Part shown: positions 24,638 to 38,812 of the stretch, piece after piece
Layout of the letters: the number at the start of each line of letters is the position of its first letter
Numbering within the stretch: the stretch's first letter is position 1
NCBI GenBank assembly: GCA_020137815.1
Contig: CM035352.1
Span: 8,184,001-8,248,000 of the forward strand
From: Hormiphora californensis
Lineage: Eukaryota; Animalia; Ctenophora
Length of the DNA stretch: 64,000 nucleotides
Direction of reading: 5' to 3'
The notes under the pieces: generated by a model
What the model was told of the DNA's origin: nothing
The model's input: the letters and a program-made list of their open reading frames with translations, nothing else
Databases searched by the model: none
Translations under genes and position numbers: made by a program

Positions 24638-25944
24638 GGGAACACCCGTGCGTTTTCATCAATGGGAGTGTCCCAACCGTAAATAACTTCACAAGGGTTT
24701 AGGCCATACAAAAATAGGCCACAAATATGCAATTTTAGCCCTAAAGTCGAATTCATATTTTTGCTACAGCCTATTTTCAAAGTGGCGTTTTTTCAATTTT
24801 TGTTGAAATTTTTAACCTCAGGACCACTTTTTTGAGATAGAAACATTAAATTCTTGGAATTTGAAGAGAATATAAAGGTAAATAAGCCCAAAGAAGGATT
24901 TTGAAATGGAGCTTATTTCTGGCCATGAGAACGGTTTACTTTTTTGCTTCTTTGACACGCTGGCTGAGAATGTTCCCATGCTTCATTAGAGATGAAAATC
25001 TGGAAATAGTTGCTCAAAACGATTATCTATGTGGCCCAAAAATTTTGGAACTTTCCCGCCAAAGATGTGGTGTACAGAGCTTGTTTTGTGAAACCCATCT
25101 TTTTGAAAAAGAGGGAAATTCCCTGTATCTCAAAAACGGATGATCGTAGAGACCTGCGACCAAGCTTAATCGATTCAGAAGGTCCGATTTTGGGGGGGTC
25201 TTCTGAGAGACATTTTGCTCCTACTCCAACCGTTTTTGCTGTAATTGCGAAAAAGGTATCAGCAAGTAAGGGGGAAATCAGCCCGAAGCAGGCTACTAGA
25301 ATATAGTTGTTCCCCCTTTTCATAGAATTGGTTTTTTGCAAGTACAGCAAAAACGGTTGGAGTAGGAGCAAAATGTCTCTCAGAAGACCCCCCCAAAATC
25401 GGACCTTCTGAATCGATTAAGCTTGGTCGCAGGTCTCTACGATCATCCGTTTTTGAGATACAGGGAATTTCCCTCTTTTTCAAAAAGATGGGTTTCACAA
25501 AACAAGCTCTGTACACCACATCTTTGGCGGGAAAGTTCCAAAATTTTTGGGCCACATAGATAATCGTTTTGAGCAACTATTTCCAGATTTTCATCTCTAA
25601 TGAAGCATGGGAACATTCTCAGCCAGCGTGTCAAAGAAGCAAAAAAGTAAACCGTTCTCATGGCCAGAAATAAGCTCCATTTCAAAAATCCTTCTTTGGG
25701 CTTATTTACCTTTATATTCTCTTCAAATTCCAAGAATTTAATGTTTCTATCTCAAAAAAAGTGGTCCTGAGGTTAAAAATTTCAACAAAAATTGAAAAAA
25801 CGCCACTTTGAAAATAGGCTGTAGCAAAAATATGAATTCGACTTTAGGGCTAAAATTGCATATTTGAGGTCCATTTTGTATGGCCTAAACCCTGGTGAAG
25901 TCATTTGGTTGGGCACTCGATGATGAAAAACGCCAGGTGTACCC
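24638..25944. mobile_element. Palindromic non-autonomous DNA transposon, Kolobok-like (~615-bp arms, ~80-bp spacer)
   Basis: 24638-~25254 is the reverse complement of ~25332-25944. Termini GGG/CCC are flanked by ttta/ttaa. The ORF track shows mirror ORFs. Confidence 0.8.
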
Positions 25945-26323
25945 TTAAAGCCGTTTAAAGAACTGAAGTCAACACTGTGAGGTCAACACAATGAGGTCAC
26001 CAGCATTTCTAATTTCCGGTAAACGAAGAACAATAACAAGATGATGAGATTACCTCTTTGGGAGACTGGACTGTTCCTCGATTTATAGGATCATGCCATG
26101 CTATAAGGGAGAATGTGATGAAGTTTGATCAAATTACTAACTCAAATCAAAGGAATAGTTTTCTAAACAAGTCACAAAAAAGAAACAAAAAACATAGCAC
26201 AATTCACACCTGGACAAAGATTAACAAAAAAACATGCAGAAAGATCAACTCTCTGAAGAAAGATCAACTCTCTGAAGAAAGATCAACTCTCTGAAAAATC
26301 CTCTGGGAGTTTTACAAAAATTA

Positions 26324-29236
26324 TTATTCATCATTAAAAACTGCAAATTGTTTACTTTTGTAGCCCAGTAACAATTGTCCCGCAACAAGTGACACCTGGG
26401 AGGGCTCCACAATGTCCGTCTCTAGTTCCCCGACTACATTCAGCTCCAGTAAGTCCACTAAAGTCACCCTACCTCGGTTATCACAAATCAGCACCTGGTT
26501 CCGTGGTAACAACTGGATGCCGCCACTAACAGGCGAATCTAACCTCCTGCTTGTCATCTCCTCGGCTGTATGAGGGTCCCCCAGAACAATGGAAAGACCG
26601 ACTAACACCAACCTTTCCTGCCAGACTAGTAACCGGGTCACATCGTGATGAGAGTAATCCACTGTACCCATCATATCCCCACTCTCAATACCCCAAACTG
26701 TAACCACACTCTCCCCACTACAGGTATAGAGCATCTCACCTAGAACTGCCAAACTCATCACTTTCTCATCATGATCATACTCTGTTAAAAGTTTCAGGGA
26801 TTTAACTTTGTTGTTGGGCCCAATAACGGGCATCCACCGCCGCACTGAGGCGTCCCAGGATGACGTGAATATGACGTCATCACACCCCTGTGACGTCATG
26901 CTGCTGATGACGTCATCATATTGTGACGTCACCAGTAGCATGTCTGTAACTGTGTCGAAATGAGCGGGAAAGGTAAGGTAAACAGTTCCCTGCTGCTTCG
27001 TCAGGAAGTAACATTTCCCATCCGCACTGCCCACACAAAGGGAGTGTTCCAGGTCTGCCACACATGTCAGGGATACATTACTAACCATCGCCCCGAACGC
27101 ATACTTCATCTCAGGTAGCCGGTATGTAAAGATCATCCCCGAGGCACTCCCAACAAACACTAGCTGGCCACATTCCAAAAAGAATGTCACGTGATTCTTG
27201 ACTGGAATCTCCTGGGAGCGGGTGAAGTTACCCAGGTTAATCCTTGATACTGATCCTCGTCGATCACCACATGATGGCTGCTGTTCCTCCGGTTCATCAA
27301 CCACTAGCTCTCCCTCCTCCAAACCAACTGTTAGAGTTGCTGTTACTACCTCTCTCCTTCGCTCAGGGTGGGGTTTTGTAAAGATTTGAGTTGGAACTTG
27401 CCCGAACTCCTGGATCTGCGTGATGATGGAGGCAGCCTCAGTTGGGTTGGTTATGGAGCCCAAATCAACTGAACCCGGGTAGCACAGGTGATGGAAAACA
27501 TTGTGGGCCTGCTCAGCGTGGGCTCCTCTCTGCTTGTACCCAAATACGAGATCTATCCAATGATGAAGCCTGCTACTGACATGATCACTTTCAAGGGCAG
27601 CTCGCATCTTTTCCACAAAATCCTGGGGGGAAGAGGCCCACGGGGGTAGGACCACACTCTCAACCTGTGCCCCGTTTTGGCGCTTTCCAAAGTGTATCCT
27701 TTGTTTGTTCTCCAAGAATGATCCATCACCTTCATAAAACTCAGGAATTAGTTCTTTGAAGTCAGCTGTGTTATTGGTAACACCCCTCCAACAATCCTCA
27801 ACCCCAATAAACAACCGATCAGGGTGATCAAATTTCCCGCCCATTAGACAGAGCATGAGATCGGGTCTACTTCGCATTAGGTAGTAGGTTACAAACCCTG
27901 GAGTGGAGTAGTGAGAGCCGTAGAGGAACTTGGGATCCGGCATCTCTGCATATCTCTCTAGCATTCCCTCTAACCTACCAGGATTTAATGCCCCTATCGG
28001 CTTGGAAAGATCTCGGTAAATACTGGGATCATCTAGGTCCAGTGTGGAGCTGGTATAGTCTGTGAGGACCCATGGAAATACGGGATATTGGGAGAGATTG
28101 TTACTTGTTCTATCTGAAATATTGTTCAGGTAGAGAAGATATTCAAAATTGGAAATAGAACCGTTCTGCCATTTCAGGGTCATGTTAGTTGGCGAGCTAT
28201 CCACCAGACTATCAGAACAATAACTAGTCAGGATGTCGTACAGGGTGTCCCGTTTAGCCTCACTCGTCAGGACAAACAGATAATTCATCTGTTTACCCGT
28301 CACTGTATTGTCCGATAGAAACACCTCGATCGCTAGAGGTCGGAGGCTGTAAGTTCTCCTGATCACCTGTCTGACACAGTCTAGCTTCCATTTTAGAATG
28401 TCAGCAACACTAAAGGCATTGTGGAAGGGCTGGAAGTATAGCCGGGATTTAGAAACTACAATCCGCCCCGGAACATTAACCAGTGGTTCCACCATATCGC
28501 ACTCAAAGTTCCCGCACTCCTGCTCGTAGAGATCATCAAAAAACATGGATTTAAAGGGGTAAAGGCTCTGTCTGTGGTGGGCTATCATGGCAATCATTGT
28601 CGTGTGTTCCTGGAAGTGGAGAGTGCTGGCCCGGTTTAGCTGCTGTAGGAAGGAGACAACATTCTCTGAGGAGACATAAAGGAGGGAAAAGTGGAAGGTG
28701 GTTGAGTCCCTGATAGTTGTAACAGGAGTGGTAGGTCCTGCAATTTGGTAGTGCATCTGTGTGTTCATCTTGAATAGCTCCCCTTCAATCTAATGATAAA
28801 AAAGAGGGTTAGCAAATTATAACAGGGTGGGTTATAGAACATGCTTTAGACTCAGAGCAATGTAGAGATTAGAGATATTAGAAAGCGAAGGAGCTAAACC
28901 TTTGTTCTCCCTCTCTGATATATAAACAAACATGCAAAAGAGTGCTATGATAATGATAGAATCACACGAACCTTGCCTTTTAGTAGGTGGTTACTGTTGA
29001 AAGGATGGTAAGCCTCAATCTCACTCGTATCTCTCTGTCGTATCCTCAGTAGAGGATCAGTCTTGTTGGATGGCACGAAAACAAGGGACCTAGAACACAC
29101 TTTGATTGTTACCCTGTACCCGTTTACCATCCTCGATACCAGCAGGGTAGTAGTCAACTGAGTAATCATCGAAATAGTACTCGTTGGGTTCTAGCATTCG
29201 GAGCGTGAAACGGGAGTCGGTTACTCCTGAAAACAT
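26324..29236 (-). CDS. NSMAF: Protein FAN (neutral sphingomyelinase activation factor): GRAM/PH, BEACH, WD40; 2 exons
   Basis: Exon 1, 29236-28972: MFSGVTDSRFTLRMLEPNEYYFDDY, with a 1-nt frameshift near 29110. Exon 2, 28789-26324: BEACH motifs WQNGSISNFEYLLYLN, QYPVFPWV, YGSHYSTP, KELIPEFY, EFGQVPTQIF, followed by WD40 repeats. Confidence 0.9.
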
Positions 29237-29430
29237 CGCGTCCACCCTGCGGATATCCGCCCTACACAGATGGAAGAGTTTGTGTCAGTTATATATAACG
29301 GATGTTGGAAAGAGAACAAAACTCGGGTTGTTACTGGTAAATGGGTACACAAGTCAGCCCTACAGTAGATAACACCGGCAGAAAGGAGGGGAGGGGATGG
29401 GGAGATAAAAACAGATAGAATTACACACAA

Positions 29431-30586
29431 CTATTCAGAGTCACTTGAGTCACTGTACGCTAAGCCAAGTCCAGTTAAAAGTACTGGTTTTTCTGGAGAT
29501 GTCACAACATTAGAACTAGAAGGGCCAGCATTATTGTCCTTTAAAATATTTGATACAGAAGTTGTGCTCGGTGTTGAAACGTTAGGCTGGGGTTCTGAAA
29601 CTGGTGGTGAAATGTCTTCAGATTTTAATTCTGTCGGTTTTGTTTTCTTCTTTTTGACAACCAACCCGGTCAATTTTGACTTCTTAGTAACCGGTAAGGC
29701 TGCTTTTTCTTTTTGCTTTGCAGATAATTTAAAGTTCGATATCACATTGACATCATCGCACTCCTCATTAACCCCCTCATCCTCCTCTGCCAATCTCTTC
29801 ACACTCTTCCTCTTCTCCTCAAACATGTCCCTGGCTATCCTCGCATCCTCTTCATCTGCAAGCTCCTGGGGAGTTTTCTTGGCAGTCACCTCATCCAACA
29901 TCGTGTCTATACTGGCGTTAGCGTTTCGAGCGTTTAGGTCCTTCAACTCCTCCAGGGCATCTATCACGTCCATCTCATTCTGAGGGGTAAAAAGGGTGTT
30001 AGCAAAGGGTGTTAGCATTGGGTGTTAGCATTGGGTGTTAGCATGTTAGCATTGGGTGTTAGCATGTTAACATTGGGTGGAAGTTTATTATTGTGTTTTA
30101 TTATCAACAGATAATAGTTAAATACACACAAAATATTTAGGAAGTATATATTACCTTGCTTTCCTTTGTTCGTTTCTCCAGGACTTTCATCGGATTTGCT
30201 TCATCCTCCTTTTCCATTTTGGCCAACCGTCTCTCCTCCTGCTCAGCAAAGTCATGAGCCTGAAAGTTTCTATTCGCCCCTTGCTCACAAACATAATCCG
30301 TATTCTCTGGGTCTGTCCGAAAACTTATCTCAGCTAGGCATCTTGTACATTTGATGAAAAACCGGAAAATCTTCAGCCCCATGTAATCCATGTCTAGAAC
30401 ATCTTCTTTCTTAGAGTTGAACTTCTTTCCTTTATAAATGTACTCTCCACACGTGTTACACCGCATATTAAACGGCGCCATGATCCTTACAACGAACGTC
30501 TTCACCGGATTAGCCCTCATTCGAGGGAGCTTCGTCGGATCGAAGTCCGGTGGATAGTACTTGTTGAGCACTTTTCGGTCTGCCAT
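29431..30586 (-). CDS. YJU2: Splicing factor YJU2 (CCDC94), 2 exons
   Basis: [43 protein letters not shown]...TDPENTDY. Intron 30154-29980. C-terminus [12 protein letters not shown]. Confidence 0.95.
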
Positions 30587-31056
30587 AACTGATTACTCGG
30601 TCCTGAGAGGAGAGTCAAGATTTAACAGGGTCCAGGCCACAGGGAATATATTGCCTTCAGAGTTTTGGCAGAGATCGAAATCGAAAATCCGAAATCAAAA
30701 AAGACAAAATTCGGCATCCAAAATTTCGACGGTTTTCGGCGCGCGCAGTTTAAATTTCCAACGCGCAAATACAAATGAATCGCGCGCGTTACTCCGCAAG
30801 CAACCCTGATACACCTGTGGAACGCAGTTTTGGTTCCGAACAGCACTTTGGCCCTGGAGCAACCCTTCCTTGGCAGACGAAGACAAATAGACTTTTCTAG
30901 AAAGTTGAAAATGTTAGAACACATTACAAACGGTGTTAATAAACTGTAGATATTAAATTAATAAATTAAACTTTTTAGGGTCCATGAAAAACCAGCACGG
31001 CCCCACCAAATCTCAAAAAACCAAAACTCTCCATTCACACTTCACTCAATTTACTC

Positions 31057-32659
31057 TCAGTCTCTATCAACATTTATCAAAATATCAGGCACAAAAGTGG
31101 GGTCATAAATCACACGCCTCACAAAACATTGATCCAGCCAATTTTCGTCCAATCTGAGAGAATCGACAATTTTCTCCACCAATCTTTTGTGATCCTCAAT
31201 CGCGTCCTTTGACTTCTGGCTTCCCCCGGTTTGGAATCTTTCACAGCGTCGAATAGAGACGATCAACCTGAGGAACAGTGAAATGAATTGAACTAGAGAG
31301 TTTTAGCCACTAGACAAATGGGATGGAAATACCGGAATAGGTATTGGGAAGGTGCCAAAATCATAAAAACACGATGTTCGAGTGCCTTGGTAGAGGTCTA
31401 AGACGGGTAAACTCACTTAATTAAATCCACATATTGAATAAGCTTGAGTGTTCCAGTATGCAGCTTGGTACATCCTTTCTCTTTCAACTTGTGTACAAGG
31501 TGATAGTCTGCTACGACCATATCTCTGATTTTAAGATGCTCCATTCTCAGTCGAACAGATGATCTCGCTCTTTCTGGGAATACTATCTCGATAATCTGGG
31601 GAGAGGGGGGGGGGGTAGGTCAGGTAGGTAAGTACAGAGTACCCCTTAAAATTAGGATAAAGATAATTAGGGTGAACAACATGGAGTGCAATAAACCAAC
31701 AAGGCTGGTTTAGGAGAGAAATTAAATTGGAATGAGAAATCAGAATTCTTACACTGACCTGGTGCATGAGAAAATGCCAAGTTCCCTGTCTCTGAGATCG
31801 GAGACATATCACCGATCCTGTTTGGGCTCTCCTTCCGCGGTCCACCGTTCCATTGGAAATAGGGGTCTGAGGGTAGAGAGAGGTGTCAAAGCTGGGAATC
31901 GAGATGGGGCAAGTGGGAGAAAATAATTTATCCTGATGATGAGTGAGAAAAGGCTGAGAAATACTTACAAAGTAATTGATAGGAAAGAAATCCCATCCCT
32001 TTACAAGAAACTCGAAACAGATATTGATGGTCTTTTCCAATCTGGGATCTCTCTGTAGCAGGGGAGTAGAACTGGGAAACTGGGTCCGAACTTGATGGTA
32101 TTGGGGACTCTCCCAGGTAAAGAAGACAGCGGGGGAAAAGGGCATGACATTGCTTGATTTACAGCTCTTATCCAGGGCATTGCCTCCCGTCGGGGTGCTC
32201 TTGTTGGAGTGGGTGGAAAAGGGACTAGCGGTGCTCCCGTTCGGTGTTTGTACGGCAGCGTCACTGAAATAGGGGAGGAATCAAGCATTTGGTAAGAAGG
32301 GAAAGAATGCCTACTGACAAGGGTTTGCAGAAAAAAGTTTCAAAAACCATGATTCAAGTTCTCAACCAGCTATCAATTTGTATTCAATTTGCAAAATCAG
32401 TTAAACGAGGACACTGAAAAGCTGCTGCAAACCTGAGGCACCGTTCTTTGTATTCTTTGAGAAAGGCCACTTTCGGTTTTTCAATGGGGCACGGTGAAAT
32501 CTTGGGTGAAACAAGGGGCAGGTTTGGAGGTGACCTCCACAAATTGGGTGTGGTCATGCATGAGTTAATCCAAGTACTCGTCATGGGTGTGATGGTACTC
32601 GTGGGAGACACAAGCGGAAGGGAATCCGCCAGGGCAAAACTTGACATGTTAGTTGACAA
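31057..32659 (-). CDS. Hypothetical multi-exon protein, no recognised homology; 5' part frameshifted
   Basis: GT-AG exons join in frame: ...WHFLMHQ | IIEIVFPERARSSVRLRMEHLKIRD...YVDLIK | LIVSIRRCERF...DRD*. 36-nt intron at 31933-31968. Confidence 0.5.
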
Positions 32660-33628
32660 AGCTGAGAAAGGATGTCACGATAATCAAGTTTAGCATTTTA
32701 GCAAGAGTCCTGAGAAAGAAGATCACATTGACAAGCCAATTCTTACCTTGCCCACTGCTGCGAAACTGACAAGCGAAAAACAAAGTTAACGAGACGCCGA
32801 CAGAATGACACACGCTAGCGCGAACAAAGAGAGAGGGACTGAGCGAGCGTGTACAGATTATGAATGACCCCAACACCCCAAAACCCGCACGTGAATGCGC
32901 GCGCCACCCTGTCTATCAGACAGCAGACATGTACTGAGTACATTGTGTCAGTTTGTCTGAGTGTGTCTGAGTACACGAATCTCGCTGCATTCCTTTTTTA
33001 ACACTTCGTTACACTGTCCCCTCTCTTGTGTTGCAGTTCGTTGTTGTTTTTGCTGCCCAATCACCTTCCCGTACCCAGCCCAGTTTGCAACTTTGTTTGC
33101 AAAATACATTCCAAAACCAAGATCAGGTGTGGTCAGAGTTTCCGTTTATTTTCAATTCGGATGACAGAATATGAAGGAAATGATGTCTAATATCCCCATT
33201 CTTTCTATACGTATAATAAGTCACAGCTCTGTTCATGGTTACTGGTTCAATTCGAGCCATTTTTTCCGGTTTCCCCCTATTTTTGAGATCTTTTCATTCA
33301 CTACCAGATTTCACAAACATCAACAAATCAAACTCGGTTAATTTGAAAGAAGTTAACGAATTTTTGTACAAATCAATAATTTGTGTTGCACAGCAAAAGC
33401 ACCTCTGTAAGAAAATCTGGCATTTTAAATTATGGACCAAATCAGTACACAAAAACAGTCCGTTGTCGCATTTTACGTTCAATTAAAAACTGTCTAGCTG
33501 CTTTCATCGTGCTCGAGATTTGACCACTAAAACAGTGTGTAGCTCCTGAACAAGCTAACATCTTATTGTGAGTCAGATCATCACAGAGCTGTGTGACCGA
33601 AAGAAGCTTCTTTGCTAAAACTAACGTC

Positions 33629-36211
33629 TCATCTGCAGTAGTGTAAGGGCTGAGTGGTGTTGCATCGCTCACATCTCACCTCACAACAGTGAACATATCG
33701 ACAGTGACAGTCCACCTCTACCGTTTGGTATCTCGTGTAATATCCTCTCTGACAACACAACGCATCACAACTATCCCTACTCCGACCATACATGCTGACA
33801 GACGAGTGGAGAGAACACTCCCGACCGGAGGTTCCTGCCCATCCCAGGTCCGGGTCGGGCAGGCAAAATGAGGGACTTTTCTCGTAGTACAATAGTTCAT
33901 CAAGTCGAGGTTCTCGTGTCTGGCCTCCCTTTGCCGGTACTCTCAATTCATACCCAGAACGGCTGTGCAGGACTCGTCGAGCAAGATGGAATTTGTGGTT
34001 TAGATAGTCCCCAATTAGTGAGAAGGAGGGCATCTTTCGGAGGCAGGTTTTAGTTGCACATGTTCCACTTATCCCGTGACATTTACACTCCAGTGTTAGT
34101 GTGTTTTGGAGGGCCTGGGAGGATTGATATGGAGTTAGCATGTGATGATTTAGTGATCACCGTGTTGTTTCCCGTCCCCTCTGTAGTTTCGATTATTTCC
34201 TCTTTAGACCCAACATCCCCGTCCCCTCTAATTCTATATTTTCGATGAGTTTAGGCCACCTGACCCAACTCCCCCATTACCTGGATGCCTAGTCGGTTGT
34301 TATGTTCAACTACCAGCGCTTTTGTATCCACATTCCGTCTTGACCGGGTTGTGGGAGGTTCGAGCACTAATTTAGATGCTACTTCCACGTTATCACTACA
34401 CTCATTCATGTGCCACGAACTTCCTGGAGTGAAAAATTTGCTTGAAAAGGTGACAATCTGAATTATAATCAACTAATTTGATTAGTAGTTTGGTATAGCT
34501 TTGATACACATTAAGATTTAAGCCTAAAATATTTGATTTCATATTTCTATTTTGCTTTATTTTAGCTCGTTATCACAAGGACCCCTAAATTGATGTAATA
34601 TCACTTTGATGATCTATCTGATTGCCCTATCCTGGTGTCACTCAGTCTGACTAAATGAGAAGAGCAAAGTGACAAGTTATGCTCATCATGTGACTATATC
34701 CATGGGGTTCTAGAATGAATCGAAGGCTCAAGGTTGAATTGAAGGCTCAAGCTGTTGGTGAATAGGGCAATTGAATGCTATAAGGATTAAGGATATCCCG
34801 ATCATACAAATATTTCGTAATATTGACAAACTAATTGCTCCAGACCCGTACTTGAAAAAAGAATCAAACTGAATACCTAAACCATGTTACTAATATATTT
34901 GGTATATTCCAAAGTCACATGGCAAATTACGCGGTGCCCTCTAAAACTGTTTTACTTGTCAGTTGTCACCTCTGAGTGCGAAAGTACTACTGGTACTACT
35001 GGTAGTGCCCTTCTGTTATTTTCTGATCGCACTTAGAGGTGACAAGTAGCAATCGGACCCCGATTTAACGGCACCCCGATTTAACGGCACCCCGATTTCA
35101 AGTGAGAGTGGACCGACACAGAATTGGACAAGATTGATATAAAAACTCCGTGATCGAGGGGTCAATTTAAAGCAGAAAAAAGACAAAATAAGCAGATAAC
35201 CATTCTCTACTACCATACAACAATCTTGTCTAATTCTGTGTCGGTTCACTTTCACTTTAACGGCACCCCGATTTAACGGCAGGATAATCTTCCCCCGATA
35301 TAAGAAAGTAACAGTATTTGACCCTGATTTAACGGAAAAACCCTTTCCCCACGGGGTACCGTTAAATCGGTGTCCAACTGTACTAGTATACTATACTACC
35401 AACCTAAATCACTGGTACTAACCGTTTGTGTAGTGGAAGGTATTGTTGGGTGATTGGGACTTCTCACAGTAACACTCAGGCAGTAATCCCTCCCCACACG
35501 CATTGGTCAGCATATAGGTTATACCAGCTGATAGGATTGCAAAACTAAATGCTGATTCTTTGTATCCTATGGGATGGAGTTGGATGTTAGGGACCAACTT
35601 ACAAAAAAGTAGTCGGGTATGTTAACCATAAGCACTCGGGTATGTTTGTATCAAAATACGCACAAGGGTTAACTTACCCGAACTTACCCGTGCAGCACGA
35701 GTGCTGCACTGACAACCAAATCAAAATACGTTTAGCTATCGCGTGCGGGTATTTATTATACCCCAAACACAAAAGTACCCGTACTTTTTTGTAAGTTGCT
35801 CTGTTAGAGAATAGAACAACATGATGTGTTCCCCTTTTTTCTTACCACGGCTCAGTAGTTTTAAAAATGGTTGGTTGTCAACTGATGTACAGTTCCATCT
35901 GTTTCTCTGGAACTGTTGCTCACACTCGGATTGTGCCTATAATAAATAGTTGTAGAGTGAACATTAGTATTGTTGAAGTCATCTGCCTTTCTCAACCCTG
36001 TTTCACTGCGCCCCGCACGGCGAAACAAATGTAAATGAGGGTCAGAACATAACAAGAAATAACTGCGTTTCTAGATATTCTTACTTTTTTAATTCCATCC
36101 CTGACGAAATCCAGAATGAACGGCTGATTTTTACAAAATGAAAAGTGCTGTTGGGACAATCCTGGTAGGTCGTCACAGGAAATATTCTTCTGACTCAAGC
36201 TGCTTACAGCC
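33629..36211 (-). CDS. WNT: Wnt family ligand, at least 5 exons; signal-peptide exon further upstream (candidate ~38138-38200)
   Basis: CDDLPGLS; ECEQQFQRNRWNC; KESAFSFAILSAG...ACGEG; ECSDNV...HNNRLG; ECKCHGISGTCATKTC; SPSFC...GTSGREC...CCQRGY...CHCRYVHCCEVRCERC. Subfamily not assigned. Confidence 0.95.
35050..35380. mobile_element. CAGTCGGACCCCG-family MITE (degenerate, internally interrupted) in a Wnt intron
   Basis: caatcggaccccgattta...taaatcggtgtccaactg-TA. Same family as 52444 and 62782. Confidence 0.65.
35588..35802. mobile_element. MITE in a Wnt intron
   Basis: TIRs caacttacaaaaaagta and tacttttttgtaagttg. TSD unclear. Confidence 0.6.
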
Positions 36212-36659
36212 CTGAGGAAATAACAGGAGGGGATTAATGATGAGAAGCTTGAGAGAGAGAAAGTAGTCCGAAGTTTTCTCCCCGTTTCGATTGGTTTACC
36301 GGGACCATTCAAATATGAATGGTTATGAGCTTATGGAAGATATAGGCTACATACTAGGGCAAATGGTAACAATAGAAGGAGTGAATATTATTTCTGAGTT
36401 ATCTTAGAACAGTAGAACCGTGTCTAACTGAGCTGCTTGAGGGAAGGGTAACAGGCCGGTATATCGGCGTGACAGTTAATTGGGGGAATTTTATTTGTCC
36501 GGCTTGGTAAACCGATTGTAGTTGCAGGGGGTGAATGTTGTTAATTAAAAACACGCAAGAAAGCAAATGGTGATAATTTACTTTTGAAATTGTTGGTGTA
36601 CGTGTGTCGCCGGGTGTGACTGTGAGAATGTGCAAAATGAGACAAAATGTTATAGCGGC

Positions 36660-37001
36660 CTCTCCTCTCCTCTCCTCTCCTCTCCTCTCCTCTCCTCTCC
36701 TCTCCTCTCCTCTCCTCTCCTCTCCTCTCCTCTCCTCTCCTCTCCTCTCCTCTCCTCTCCTCTCCTCTCCTCTCCTCTCCTCTCCTCTCCTCTCCTCTCC
36801 TCTCCTCTCCTCTCCTCTCCTCTCCTCTCCTCTCCTCTCCTCTCCTCTCCTCTCCTCTCCTCTCCTCTCCTCTCCTCTCCTCTCCTCTCCTCTCCTCTCC
36901 TCTCCTCTCCTCTCCTCTCCTCTCCTCTCCTCTCCTCTCCTCTCCTCTCCTCTCCTCTCCTCTCCTCTCCTCTCCTCTCCTCTCCTCTCCTCTCCTCTCC
37001 T
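36660..37001. repeat. (TCTCC)n microsatellite, ~340 bp
   Basis: Perfect pentamer array. Confidence 0.98.
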
Positions 37002-37646
37002 GCAGAACTCCAACCAAGACAATGACTAAAACAATGGAGCGGTTGAAGACGAGAGAGGCAAATTAGGGGCGAGACCATGATTGAACCGCGACTGAAACTG
37101 ACACCGGGGATCCTGTGCAATTGATTTACTGCGGTGCCCCTAACTATCACAGAGCCCCGCTCCCGAGGGAGAGAGAGAGAGAGAGAGAAGGGGATATCAG
37201 AGGGTACTGTTTTAGTTGATAATATCGTTAGTACAACTTACACGATTATGTGAGGGGAGATGGCAGTCACCGCCATGCAAAGCAGATATATATTGGTGAG
37301 CATCGGTAAGAGAGACAACATTCACAGTTCAACCAGCTGTTATTTGTTGGAGCTGATGAGATGGGGGGAGGGGGATGATCTTTGAGTGAGCGCCACCCAT
37401 CCCACAAGCTCCACCCGGTCTGGTATCTATAGGCCCTATTGAGTTATAACTACAGTGTGAAATTGTGACACCCAGATGAATTAGATGAAAATAAAAGTTG
37501 TCCGCGTATATTGGGGCGGAGAAGAGAACAGGTCACATGCCGTCTCACAAAATAGACATGTCTAGTATTGAGTGAGAGGAAAAGAAGATAGAAAAAGATA
37601 GAAGATGATACGAGGTGAAGATGATAGAGATAATGGGAAACATTGG

Positions 37647-37648
<2 letters not shown>

Positions 37649-37737
<89 letters not shown>
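37649..37737. repeat. (GA)n microsatellite
   Basis: Dinucleotide run. Confidence 0.95.
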
Positions 37738-37741
<4 letters not shown>

Positions 37742-38697
37742 AGATAGAGAGAAATATAGAGAGAAATAGGGCGGCCAATATAGTGTTCGAGAAAAGCACG
37801 AATTGATCACATGTGATCACATGATTTCATAATCGAGAGTGGGAGGGTAGGGGATAGAATTATGTATGATATGAACTGTGGATCGAGCTGAGGGATTGAC
37901 CCGTCAATTCATATTTGTCCACCAATTGCCATTTGTCATGCGGTGTCCCTCCTTTGAAAATTACAGCAAATTGAGTCGTGGGAGAGCAACTTCTCTCGTT
38001 CTCTTGTCCAGGTCATTGTAAAATAAACTGACGACGACAGAACCTGGAACAACACACATGTACCTAACAGCTTGAGGTTGCGATCGGTTAGATACTAACC
38101 ACCGGTTTTCATTCCAGTTGACTGTGTTGATCGCTCACCTGCACCCTATGATTAAAGCCACCAGAGCCAGCAAGTATCCTGGTATCCATGTACTTTTGCA
38201 ACGGTGAGGAGTGTAGCGACATACCCCATACCAGGTTCCTTTGACACGTACTCAATAAACAAACAAAATAAATTGACGGTCAAAAATGGTATTGCAGCTT
38301 GAGTAAAATGTTTTGAACTGTTAGTTTAGAGATACGTACTATCTTATCTTATAACACGTACGTGATCGAGGTTTTGTACCCAAAAGAGTCGAGAAGGATC
38401 TTATAGGGAGGCGGGAATGATGTAGGATGTGAGAGCTGAGTATGGGTGCCGGGAAATTTTCACCCATTTACACACAAACCCACCGTCTAGCATTGTTGGC
38501 GAGGAAAGAAGATGTCAACAAAATGGTCAAAAGTAGAAAGGATCTTCTAGCCATCAATCATGTTTTCCAGCAATTAAAATCAGTACCATGTTATCAGTAT
38601 CAAGACTAGAGTGTCTATCGAGTGAAAATAGAGAGAAAAATAGAGCAAGTGATAGATTTCTCCTTTTCCCGGCTCTGCATCTGTCACGTGACTACAG

Positions 38698-38812
<115 letters not shown>

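Noticed and set aside
36399-37150. ORFs with EERRG/SSPLL repeats
   Set aside because: These are translations of the (TCTCC)n microsatellite
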